DNA from: Bacteroides sp.
GTDB taxonomy: Bacteria > Bacteroidota > Bacteroidia > Bacteroidales > Muribaculaceae
Assembly (NCBI GenBank): GCA_014801785.1
Contig: JAAVDN010000013.1
Location: forward strand, 920 to 64,919
Reading direction: 5' to 3'
DNA length: 64,000 nt
In this document: one piece after another, positions 37,689 to 46,323 of the stretch
Position numbering within the stretch: position 1 is the stretch's first letter
How the letters are laid out: every line of letters begins with the position of its first letter
Position numbers and translations under genes: made by a program
The notes under the pieces: generated by a model
Told to the model about the DNA's origin: nothing
What the model saw: only the letters and a program-made list of their open reading frames with translations
The model's database searches: none

Positions 37689-39563
37689 TCAGCGAATCTC
37701 CTTGGAGACCTCCGAGCCTTTGCGGACAACCATGATCTCCCCCTCGACAGGCTGCGAGAGTCGGACTCCCTGGAGATTGAACAGCTCAACCTCTCCGGAA
37801 ACCTCCGATTCGGGGTGTTCGATTCCTGTAGAGACATACTGAGGCAGAGGAGCGGCAGGAGTGGTGTCGCGGGCCGGCTCGCCATATTCCCCTGTTCCGC
37901 AGCTGCCGAAACACTGCTTCAGGAATTCAATCTTGCGACGGAGACTGGAAGTAGCATCCTGAAGACGGGAGTTGAGATCCGTGTTGTCAACGACAGGAAG
38001 GCCATTCCACGGAGTAGGTTCGTTGACCCAGCGCTTGCGGTCGGCTTTGGCCGCCTCGCCGAGAATGGAGACATAATCCTTCATCATATCGAGGATTTTC
38101 TGCTCTCCGTCCTGACTCAGGAACCACAGCCAGCTTTGGCGTACCTTCTCATTGAATTTCGCGTTCTGACGAATGGAAGCAATCCAGGTGTTGCCATAAG
38201 GACCGTGGTTATAGAAGAAGTCATCTGTCGGACCGTTGAAGGCATTACCGCAGTCCCAAAGGGGGGAAAAATGCCATTTCTGACCCTCTCCCCTGTCGCG
38301 GAAGAGATAGGTCGAACCGTGATAGGCCTCATAGTGGGAGATAATCTCCTCTACGAGATAATAACGGGCGGCATCGTCAAGATCCATATATTTCCAAAGG
38401 TCATCGGAATTGGCTCCGACAAGATCATTCATAGCCGAGAACTGGTCATAAATGAACATGCGCTGTTTCTCTGAATAGACTTCGGGGGTATCGAAGGTGA
38501 TGCGGAGTTCATCGACATAAGGAACCCAGGCGCAAGTCTTTTCCTGCATCCTTATCTGGTTTTCCTCCTCGTAGTTGTCAAGCTCGACAAGATAACCGCC
38601 CGAAATAAGGGATGCGTTTGTCTCGTTATCCTCCAGTTCCTCGATCATCACGCGGTCGTCTCCAACGCGGATAGACTCGGTCAGGAAGTAAAGACCACGG
38701 TAATTTCCATTGATATAGACCTCTATGGGTTGCTGATCCGGGGTCCAGGGGAGTTGGAAGATCCTTCCGAGGTTGAAGCCGGTGAAGTTGCGGAGATACC
38801 CGAAGTTATCATCTGCATGGGCGAGGATTGCATAGTGTTTGCTCTTGGTCATTCCGAGCATTGACTGCTTTTTGCCAAGTTTAAGCTTGAACGGCTTCTT
38901 GGAAAAACCGGTGCGCGTCCAGTTACCGCGTGCCTTTATCTCAAGCGGGAGTGGTTCCTCGCGACTACCGATGCTCTCTGTCTTGAAAGGAAGATCCAGT
39001 CCTTCGGCTTCAAGCCAGTATTCTCCGGTAAAATAGTTCTTGTGGGAAAGGTTATAGTCCGTAATCTCATTGTTGAGATTTCCCGCTTCGTCATAGACAT
39101 TGATATAAAGAACGGGAAGAGTTCCGGAGTGATCCTTCATTTCAATCGGCGGAGGAGGCACAACTCCGTCTACCCTGAAATTGATAGGTGTCTCGCCGGT
39201 TGGATTGTTACGGTCGAAGTTGAAGGAGATTTCCACAGGCTGGGAGAGAGAGCTGTTGATGTTGGGGCCACCGTAGACACCTGTAATAGTCGATGCGCCG
39301 GCAATCTGGGCTCCGTATGCTCCGTAATTGAGAGACCAGTCATCGTTGGAGATTTTAAATTCTCCCTGGAACGCATCGAGAGCGAGCTTGTAAGTGTCTC
39401 CGCTGCGCTCGAAACGATAAGCCTGATTTACTTCCCAGTTCATCCCGTTGATACTTCCCCTGACATAGAAGATGGGATAGCCTTCGGAATCTGTCTCGGC
39501 GCCAAAAAGGGTGAACGACGCCAGGCAGGCAACTCCTGAAAGCAAAAGGTTTCTGAGTTTCAT
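37689..39563 (-). CDS. CotH kinase-family protein with N-terminal CBM-like module and secretion tail
   Basis: IKARGNWT, KKPFKLKL, VYING.YRGLY.LTE, P.WDC..AF; tail ELFNLQGVRL....GE..VVRKG..VSKEIR; TTTG-N20-TAACTTTG promoter at 39634-39665. Confidence 0.85.
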   Translation of the reverse strand: MKLRNLLLSGVACLASFTLFGAETDSEGYPIFYVRGSINGMNWEVNQAYRFERSGDTYKLALDAFQGEFKISNDDWSLNYGAYGAQIAGASTITGVYGGPNINSSLSQPVEISFNFDRNNPTGETPINFRVDGVVPPPPIEMKDHSGTLPVLYINVYDEAGNLNNEITDYNLSHKNYFTGEYWLEAEGLDLPFKTESIGSREEPLPLEIKARGNWTRTGFSKKPFKLKLGKKQSMLGMTKSKHYAILAHADDNFGYLRNFTGFNLGRIFQLPWTPDQQPIEVYINGNYRGLYFLTESIRVGDDRVMIEELEDNETNASLISGGYLVELDNYEEENQIRMQEKTCAWVPYVDELRITFDTPEVYSEKQRMFIYDQFSAMNDLVGANSDDLWKYMDLDDAARYYLVEEIISHYEAYHGSTYLFRDRGEGQKWHFSPLWDCGNAFNGPTDDFFYNHGPYGNTWIASIRQNAKFNEKVRQSWLWFLSQDGEQKILDMMKDYVSILGEAAKADRKRWVNEPTPWNGLPVVDNTDLNSRLQDATSSLRRKIEFLKQCFGSCGTGEYGEPARDTTPAAPLPQYVSTGIEHPESEVSGEVELFNLQGVRLSQPVEGEIMVVRKGSEVSKEIR

Positions 39564-39797
39564 GAGATTGATATGTAAGAATTTAGTTAAGATGACACGA
39601 CCGACTTTCAAAATCGCCATGTCCATATTTATGCAAAGTTATTAAAAATTTATCGTTTTTGCAAAAATCGCCATACAACACGCGTCTTATTTCTCTCCTC
39701 TTTTTGCTTTATTGCATCCTATCTCTCCTCCAACTTCCTAAGTAGCTCTCAGAAATTAATGAACATATAAAACGCGGCTATCGCGCCGGCCATTTGG

Positions 39798-40174
39798 CCA
39801 CGGTGCGTACGGCCTCCTCGTCCGAGCAGTCCATGATTGGCTTGAGTCCTCGGCAAGGTAGTGTTTCCAGTCCATTGATGCCTTCGGTCTCGTATCGCTT
39901 CACCCATGAATTGACGGATATAGGTGTCCTTTCTGTCTGTACCCAACTTCTTTGGAGGTCAGACCTCTGCCTTTTAACAGAATAGCGCGACAGCGCATGC
40001 GGAAAGCGTGGATCTTGCCTTGTCGAAAGCCTTCTTCCAATTGCAGACGTTGTGGGTCTGTCAGTTGTATAACTTTGATTTTTGCGATAGTCAGAAGATA
40101 AATCATCGGTTGACTCAGTTAGCGGATTAGCTGTAACTGAGTAACCTCAAATTTTACCAAACTATTGTGATATA
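39798..40174 (-). pseudogene. IS630-family transposase remnant (N-terminal HTH region)
   Basis: (I)AKIKVIQLTDPQRLQLEEG...FRMRCRAILLK.RGLTSKEVG, then a frameshift, then VQTE...SVNSWVKRYETEGINGLET.P.RG.KPI; ATC where the start ATG would be expected (40088); truncated at 39798. Confidence 0.75.
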
Positions 40175-40184
40175 ACACTCTATT

Positions 40185-42053
40185 TTAAATCAATTCAAAT
40201 ATAGATGTTGGGAAATATTGATATTCGGTTCGTGAATAGCATTTATTTTCTTTTAAATCAACACCATATAGTCTTTCGACATATTCGTCTATTTCATCTT
40301 TCGATGAGAAAGAAAGAATCTCTTCAATCTGATCTATCGATAATGGATAAACACCAAAATTCTTTACATAGTTTTTCGCATAAGAGTAGTACCCTGTTGC
40401 ATATGGCTTACTTGTATGCTTCATATAGTAATTAAAAACTGATGATTCGAGAATACGTTTGAGTGCCTTTAGTTCGATTTCATCATTATGGAAGATCGCA
40501 TATCCACAATAAATGAGCATATCCTCATTGTCTGTGAATACAAAATGTGGAACATCAGTCATATACGGGAAAAGCAACTTTTTACCTTTATCAGAAATTG
40601 CCTGAGTCCTACCAAACGCGTACCACACCGGGAAATTCCCCTCACCCTTATCGCGTTCATCTAATTTCCTTCTATTGAGCGAAAGATACTGATATGCTTT
40701 GGGAGACTTACTAATAAAGATAGCCTCCGGAATCGGTTTATAATTAGAATCGTATGGAAAAATCACCTTTTCCATAATAGATTCAATCTCATCTTCTTTA
40801 TGCAGAACATTCGGTTTGATGATATCCCGGCATATATCCTTCTCTATACAAAACTCCACACCATTGGAATTGAGATAATAATTAACCTCATCCTCTCTAT
40901 CGGGATGAAAGATAAAGATATCATTTGCCAACGTTGCTATACCGTTTTTAATACGATATTTATTGCCGAGCGAAGTACCTGTATGCTCAATACGGTTTAT
41001 GATCTGACGGATATCGTTTTGATTAAGATTCCACCCCTTATGATTATCCAGTTCGAAATATGGGATTGAATCATATACAACCACATCATTATTCTTTATC
41101 TCTTCCGCTGACGAGCGGTGATATTTAATGGTTTCTCGCTCCTGCTTTGAAATAAAAGTTATGCAGGTATAGGCTAACTTCTTACAAAAAATCAATTCAT
41201 CACCAAAATCAAGAATATCTATACCAATATGATGCTTTGAGAAATAATTTCTTAATCCGCGAGCATTCACACTCTTAAAGAATGAGTTAAGAGTGATATA
41301 ACCTAGTTTGCCATTCTCATTGAGAATATTGATCCCTATTTCAAAGAACGGAAGATATAAGTCTGCGTTTCCTCCATTGGCAACCTCCCATTTAGGAAGA
41401 AGTGCCTTTGACTCTGCATCTATATGTTTAGACCTTACATAAGGAGGATTACCAATTACAAAGTCATATCCACCTGCTTCTGCCACATATTTAAACTGCC
41501 TAAAGTCAAAAGAAAGCGAGTTGGCACAATAGATATTTAAATCTGACTCCTCAATACATTCACCGTTGTAAACCGCAGTCAACGCAAGAAGAAGTTTGGT
41601 TCTACGAACACTATTAGGACTTATATCGACACCATATAATCTACCTAATACAGATCTATATGTATTAGTGTCATTTTTATTGACTACTGCAGCAGTGTAT
41701 AAGAACGCACCACAACCACAAGCTGGATCAATAATCAAGCCATTCCTGAATCTATTGGAATCTTCGGAATACAAATGATTCACAATGAAATCCCGGATGT
41801 ATGCTGGGGTATATATAGCTCCGTTTTTAGTCTTTTCATCGGAAGGCACTGCTTGTTCGAATACGGATATTACATCTTCAATTGTCTCAATATCGCATAA
41901 TGTATGGCTTACTTCAAAATTAGTCAAGAAGTCAGCTATGAATCCATCAACAGGAGCTAAGCCATTATTGACAAGAAAAGACTTGACTACTGTAGCATCC
42001 AATTGTTGCGGATCTGAAATGTGAGATAGTATATTAAATATTTCCTTACGCAT
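40185..42053 (-). CDS. N6-adenine DNA methyltransferase, gamma class (Eco57I/TaqI-like), companion MTase
   Basis: GAIYTP, DPACGCGAFL, YGVDI, IGNPPYV, DLY.PF.E, C-terminal TRD; start MRKEIF overlaps the upstream stop (ATGCGTAA). Confidence 0.88.
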   Translation of the reverse strand: MRKEIFNILSHISDPQQLDATVVKSFLVNNGLAPVDGFIADFLTNFEVSHTLCDIETIEDVISVFEQAVPSDEKTKNGAIYTPAYIRDFIVNHLYSEDSNRFRNGLIIDPACGCGAFLYTAAVVNKNDTNTYRSVLGRLYGVDISPNSVRRTKLLLALTAVYNGECIEESDLNIYCANSLSFDFRQFKYVAEAGGYDFVIGNPPYVRSKHIDAESKALLPKWEVANGGNADLYLPFFEIGINILNENGKLGYITLNSFFKSVNARGLRNYFSKHHIGIDILDFGDELIFCKKLAYTCITFISKQERETIKYHRSSAEEIKNNDVVVYDSIPYFELDNHKGWNLNQNDIRQIINRIEHTGTSLGNKYRIKNGIATLANDIFIFHPDREDEVNYYLNSNGVEFCIEKDICRDIIKPNVLHKEDEIESIMEKVIFPYDSNYKPIPEAIFISKSPKAYQYLSLNRRKLDERDKGEGNFPVWYAFGRTQAISDKGKKLLFPYMTDVPHFVFTDNEDMLIYCGYAIFHNDEIELKALKRILESSVFNYYMKHTSKPYATGYYSYAKNYVKNFGVYPLSIDQIEEILSFSSKDEIDEYVERLYGVDLKENKCYSRTEYQYFPTSIFELI

Positions 42054-45048
42054 CGTTCCTATCATTTCGGGGGTGAGACATGACGGTATTTTTCTCTTCT
42101 TCCGACAATTGGTATAGTCTGCAACAGATGTCATCCAGCTCATTCCATAGTCTTCTAATGGCTTGGACATAACGAGATGCACGGCTTGAAGATGCACTCA
42201 TTCTACTATGTAGCTGTTCTATCTGTCTTGCTACATTTGCCAACTGAACCATATCCGGAGACATTTCCTGATATGATTGAACCGGGAATGGTACGGGATC
42301 AAGGAATTGTTTGCTGAATTTGTAATACCCGTTCTGTTGAGGGTTTGCTATTGATTTTGCAAAATATGCAAAAGGTGTGGAGTTGATTATTCCTGCGAGC
42401 GCATAAAGTCTTTCGTTAGTAACATCCTCAATCTGGACGAAAAACATATTTGCATTATCACAGTATGCCTTTTCATTATTTACGACAGCAGCCTGAGGCT
42501 CTTGTGTGGTCATTGGCACACATAGTTTACGATAAACTGAATTGTGATTGTTGGCGCGAGTGAAAAGATGCCAGTGTTCATCTTTGTTCAATTTAGGAAA
42601 TCTTCCCGGCAACGTCTGCACCTCATTTTCTATGCGCGTCCTATGACGTGATAGGTATGACCCAGCGAGTGGAAATCTTCTTTGGAAATCTGAGAATTTT
42701 ATCTCAAGGGCATGGTTATCTTTCACGTCATACGGAAAGATAATGAACGTGTTTTCTGGCCTAATGGAGAGAGGAATAAAGTGCTCATTGCACAAAAGTG
42801 CCCTACAAGCATTTTTCTCCAATTTCAGACCTGTCTCTAATGATGAACTACCATAAATAAACTCATCATCAACACAATCTACATTAATATGATAGGCTGG
42901 ATCCCATAGAACCTGCACTCCAACCTTTATGTTGCAAGAGTCCCCGAGGCATCCGAGCGTCTGTTGTTTAGACAATCTCAACGATGTTAATTCCGGATTA
43001 TCAAAATTCCATGGCGTTTCTGAAATTGAATCCTTCGGTAAGGAAAGCTTTTTATAATTTTTAGAGGACATATATGTGAACGAATCATTTTCGACAGAAG
43101 ACTTGTCGCATACGAGTATTGCAACATAAGTTATCCTGCCATCGAAGAGGTCTGTTTCTTCATAGTCATGTATATATCGCAATATCCGATTTGCTGATAT
43201 TATGTGGCGAATCCCTTTGCGGTAGTCAGTCTTAAAGAATCTTTTCTGCACCAAGAAACCAAGACTTCCAGAGGAATTCAGTAACTCAAGTCCTCTTTCT
43301 ATAAACGGTATCGCCAGATCTATTTTGCCATTCTTACCTGATTTGTAACGAGACTTAATAAAGGATGCCATTGTCGGTAGTTCGACATTATAATTCTTAA
43401 CCTCAACATAAGGAGGATTGCCTATTACATAATCAAAGCCTCCGGCTTGACTAATAGCAGGAAAGGCGTCCTTCCAATCGAATATATTTGTCGCTTCCAG
43501 CTCTTCAGGCTTTTCTATTAGGTAAGGAAACTGAGACAGGATCTCAGACGACACTAAAGTATTGCCACACTTAACATTCTCACCTACACCATTTAGAATC
43601 TTTGACCCGTACAAACCTACTTGGTCATACGAATCTACGCTGTAACCGTCGATTATTTTAAGAGACAGAGAAAGTTTTGCTACTTCAACACTCTCTTGAT
43701 TGATGTCGATTCCGAATAGGCATGATGACACAATATGTTTTTTGCCATAGATATTCAGTATTGGTTCTCCATCAATAATTTTATATAGGTCGTTGCTCAA
43801 TGCATTTGGGTCGATCTTAATCTTTTCTATTATTACAGCCTCTATAAAATCATACATTCCCGCTAGAAAGACACCACTACCACACGCCGGATCAAGCATG
43901 GTAATTGATAAAATGTCATTGACGGACATTGCATCAAATCGCTCTTTAGAGAGAGTAGAATTGATAGTATCCATAACAAGGGACATAGGTGTCGTTATCG
44001 CTCCATTGCTTTTCTTGAATTCCGATTTGATTGCATTGGATAAATTCCCATCCTCTCCTTCAACCAGATGATAGCCAAGAAAAATATCATAGATGTCGCT
44101 TATGCTCTTCAATGGAATCACGTCAAAGCAATAAGGTGATGGATAATAAAGGTAGGTCAATAATTTAGCGAAAATCTCATTTGAAATTTCCAGATTATGA
44201 ATGGTCATCAGCCTTTCAAACATTGGACCGTCATAATGCTCGTAGAAATTCAGATATGAGGACTCCTTAAATTCTTTCCAGAACCCTTCGGAAAGGAATT
44301 TCTGCAATAAACCGTCCTCCTCAAGACCCTTTGCCTCACAAACACGGATAAAAAGAATACGGTTAAGAATAATCTGAGTCCATAGATTCAAATCATCGAC
44401 TGATATTTCAAAGGGATTGTTCTTCCGTATTGATTTGGCAAGTTCCAATCGGATGTCACATAAGAAATGAGCAAAACTTTTATCAAGAGTATTTGAACCT
44501 CGAAATTCAACTTTGGCAAACTCTTTAAGCACATTATCACGATTCAAGAACTGCTCAAACAACTCATAGTTCTCAATATACTCCTCAACCGTGAGATAAT
44601 ATAATCTTGCAAAATCAGCTGTGTCAGCAGCATTAGGTTTGGCAGTGCACTCATATATTGCAAGTTCCTCAAAATTTGTTACAATAGAATACGGTGCACC
44701 TATCGACCATCCATAAGATCTTATCTGGAAGGCAACATTCTTGTTATTCTTAATATCAACCAATTGTTTCTTAGCATCTATGAAGAACAACCGTACATTG
44801 CCATTTACCAAAGTATAGTCGGGCTTGATATAGCGAGAGCCAATATTATGCAACCGTTCCCTCTCGGAACGCTCAAGAATCCGTTCCTGCATAACCTGAC
44901 GAGTGTTGTTGACATTCCAACCGAATACCTCCAGCATATCGTTAATCCACATTCGTACGGTTTCTTCAGAAGCAGAGTGCAACAATCCATTATTGCGTGC
45001 TTCCAAGAAACGATTTATCAATGCAGAGAACATATCCTTTCTATTCAT
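42046..45048 (-). CDS. Type IIG-like restriction endonuclease-methyltransferase fusion
   Basis: N-terminal SEETVR..I..L..FGW, PDY, IDAKK (PD-(D/E)xK), TNFEEL; MTase motifs DPACGSGVFL, FGIDIN, IGNPPYV; C-terminal TRD; 1000 aa. Confidence 0.85.
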   Translation of the reverse strand: MNRKDMFSALINRFLEARNNGLLHSASEETVRMWINDMLEVFGWNVNNTRQVMQERILERSERERLHNIGSRYIKPDYTLVNGNVRLFFIDAKKQLVDIKNNKNVAFQIRSYGWSIGAPYSIVTNFEELAIYECTAKPNAADTADFARLYYLTVEEYIENYELFEQFLNRDNVLKEFAKVEFRGSNTLDKSFAHFLCDIRLELAKSIRKNNPFEISVDDLNLWTQIILNRILFIRVCEAKGLEEDGLLQKFLSEGFWKEFKESSYLNFYEHYDGPMFERLMTIHNLEISNEIFAKLLTYLYYPSPYCFDVIPLKSISDIYDIFLGYHLVEGEDGNLSNAIKSEFKKSNGAITTPMSLVMDTINSTLSKERFDAMSVNDILSITMLDPACGSGVFLAGMYDFIEAVIIEKIKIDPNALSNDLYKIIDGEPILNIYGKKHIVSSCLFGIDINQESVEVAKLSLSLKIIDGYSVDSYDQVGLYGSKILNGVGENVKCGNTLVSSEILSQFPYLIEKPEELEATNIFDWKDAFPAISQAGGFDYVIGNPPYVEVKNYNVELPTMASFIKSRYKSGKNGKIDLAIPFIERGLELLNSSGSLGFLVQKRFFKTDYRKGIRHIISANRILRYIHDYEETDLFDGRITYVAILVCDKSSVENDSFTYMSSKNYKKLSLPKDSISETPWNFDNPELTSLRLSKQQTLGCLGDSCNIKVGVQVLWDPAYHINVDCVDDEFIYGSSSLETGLKLEKNACRALLCNEHFIPLSIRPENTFIIFPYDVKDNHALEIKFSDFQRRFPLAGSYLSRHRTRIENEVQTLPGRFPKLNKDEHWHLFTRANNHNSVYRKLCVPMTTQEPQAAVVNNEKAYCDNANMFFVQIEDVTNERLYALAGIINSTPFAYFAKSIANPQQNGYYKFSKQFLDPVPFPVQSYQEMSPDMVQLANVARQIEQLHSRMSASSSRASRYVQAIRRLWNELDDICCRLYQLSEEEKNTVMSHPRNDRNDA

Positions 45049-45350
45049 GATAATTCGGATTTATTACCATATTCAGTTAAGCTCTCGGATACTATACTCA
45101 AGATTTCGATTGGCTCATCGTCCTGAGACAGTAAATCGTAGACTTTTCCTGCCAGCCACAACTTTTTCATATAATCAAAATCAATACCATAGAACACAGC
45201 TAATGCTCTGACATGTTCTTCTCTTGCAATCCGTTCTCCATTTTCAATCTTGCAATAAACAGCATTGTCTATGCCAATTCCGGATGCTACTTGTCTTTGA
45301 AGAAGATTGTGTTCTTCTCTTAACGATTTCAATTTATCTTTCAAAAGCAT
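45045..45350 (-). CDS. Xre/HTH_3 regulator heading the RM operon (controller-like)
   Basis: LKSLREEHNLLQRQVASGIGID...YCKIENGER; its stop overlaps the RM start (ATGA). Confidence 0.85.
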   Translation of the reverse strand: MLLKDKLKSLREEHNLLQRQVASGIGIDNAVYCKIENGERIAREEHVRALAVFYGIDFDYMKKLWLAGKVYDLLSQDDEPIEILSIVSESLTEYGNKSELS

Positions 45351-45370
45351 GGTTATAGTTTTTATGAGCA

Positions 45371-45423
45371 CAAAGTTAGATAAAAAAATTGTTCTCACCA
45401 AATAAATTGACAAATAATGTCAA
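45371..45423 (-). promoter_or_regulatory. RM operon promoter (TTTG-N20-TAACTTTG) with adjacent palindrome TTGACA-N5-TGTCAA
   Basis: -7 box 45371-45378, -33 box 45399-45402, palindrome 45407-45423. Confidence 0.65.
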
Positions 45424-45870
45424 GACAAAAAAATACAAATACAAATTTCCCTTGTCAGATCAAAGGCAGAAGAGTTGCTTTCACTGACAGATATTCTGGT
45501 TGAAGATCCCTTTTTTTCCCGATACAAGTTTTTCATTGAAGTGATTGGCATGGGCTTCCGATTTGTCGGAAGATTATGTGCCAACTCATATCTGATTTCA
45601 ACCTTGAGCAACAACACGTCCTCTCGCTTGTCCAATCGGACTTGTCGTTCAGTCGCTTATCCCGCAAAGCTCCTTCCCTCCGCATCCAATTGGCCGGCGC
45701 GATAGCCGCGTTTTATACACTCTTTTATTTTGAACAGCCACTTACAACTTGGTTGATATATACTGCGCGATATCTTTCCGACTGAAAATAAACCAAAGTC
45801 GCTTGAAATATGTTTCTAATGCGAAGACCACGAGAGAATCCGTATCCGTGGTCACTAAAAAATTTTTATT

Positions 45871-46167
45871 ATGAAAACTTTTGAATCGAGAATAAACGAA
45901 GGCATACCCTCTCTCGTCGCTTTCATTCATGCAGCCGAGCAGGATGCTACTGAAATCAAACGTCTTGCCGAAGCGCTCCGCGCAAAATATGGTGACCGTA
46001 TCAATCTGATGCGTGTCGATGCTTCTTTTGACCATCGTCTCAAGAAACAGTATGACATCAAGGCCTATCCGACCTGGATTCTTTTCAAGCGTGGCGAAGA
46101 GCTGATGCGCGAGAGTGGCGAAAAGAGTTTTGACGAACTGTCACAAATGGTTGAACGCGCTTTCTGA
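45871..46167 (+). CDS. Thioredoxin-fold protein lacking CxxC
   Basis: LVAF, MRVDA, YDIKAYPTWILFKRGE...RESG; no cysteine in the protein. Confidence 0.72.
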   Translation: MKTFESRINEGIPSLVAFIHAAEQDATEIKRLAEALRAKYGDRINLMRVDASFDHRLKKQYDIKAYPTWILFKRGEELMRESGEKSFDELSQMVERAF

Positions 46168-46200
46168 TATTGACCCGCATTCGCAAAAGACCGCGAACTA

Positions 46201-46224
46201 TCTTTTATTTTGAACAGGGTCTTA
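46201..46224 (+). repeat. Solo element right end; direct repeat of 45721-45744
   Basis: tcttttattttgaacag-ggt-ctta versus tcttttattttgaacag-cca-ctta (21/24). Confidence 0.8.
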
Positions 46225-46229
46225 GAGTG

Positions 46230-46279
46230 AAAAGAGAAAGAGCTGAATTTCTGTCGAAATTCAGCTCTTTCTCTTTTTT
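46230..46279. terminator. Bidirectional intrinsic terminator
   Basis: aaaagagaaagagctgaatttc / gaaattcagctctttctctttt. Confidence 0.88.
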
Positions 46280-46323
46280 ATCTATTCCGGCTATTACTAA
46301 GAGATGCCGGAAAGAGGGGTTTA

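Larger units (their letters stand above)
39739..45744. mobile_element. AT-rich restriction-modification island bounded by the two arms of a palindromic MITE-like element
   Basis: 59-bp imperfect IR (39739-39797 / 45686-45744) whose inner 32 bp match 31/32; the family core sits at ~45640-45690; the cargo is visibly AT-richer than the flanks. Confidence 0.75.

Noticed and set aside
39749-39946. Short ORFs here and at 45576-45785 sharing the peptide AGAIAAFY
   Set aside because: The shared peptide only reflects translation through the inverted repeat arms.
42054-42197. N-terminal extension of the MTase to 670 aa as given in the ORF track
   Set aside because: It overlaps the RM gene by ~150 bp; the ATG at 42053 coupled to the upstream stop is the more plausible start.
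39731-45750. caactt on both sides of the RM island as a target-site duplication
   Set aside because: The left copy is offset from the element end by 2 bp and only 6 bp long, so it is not a clean duplication.
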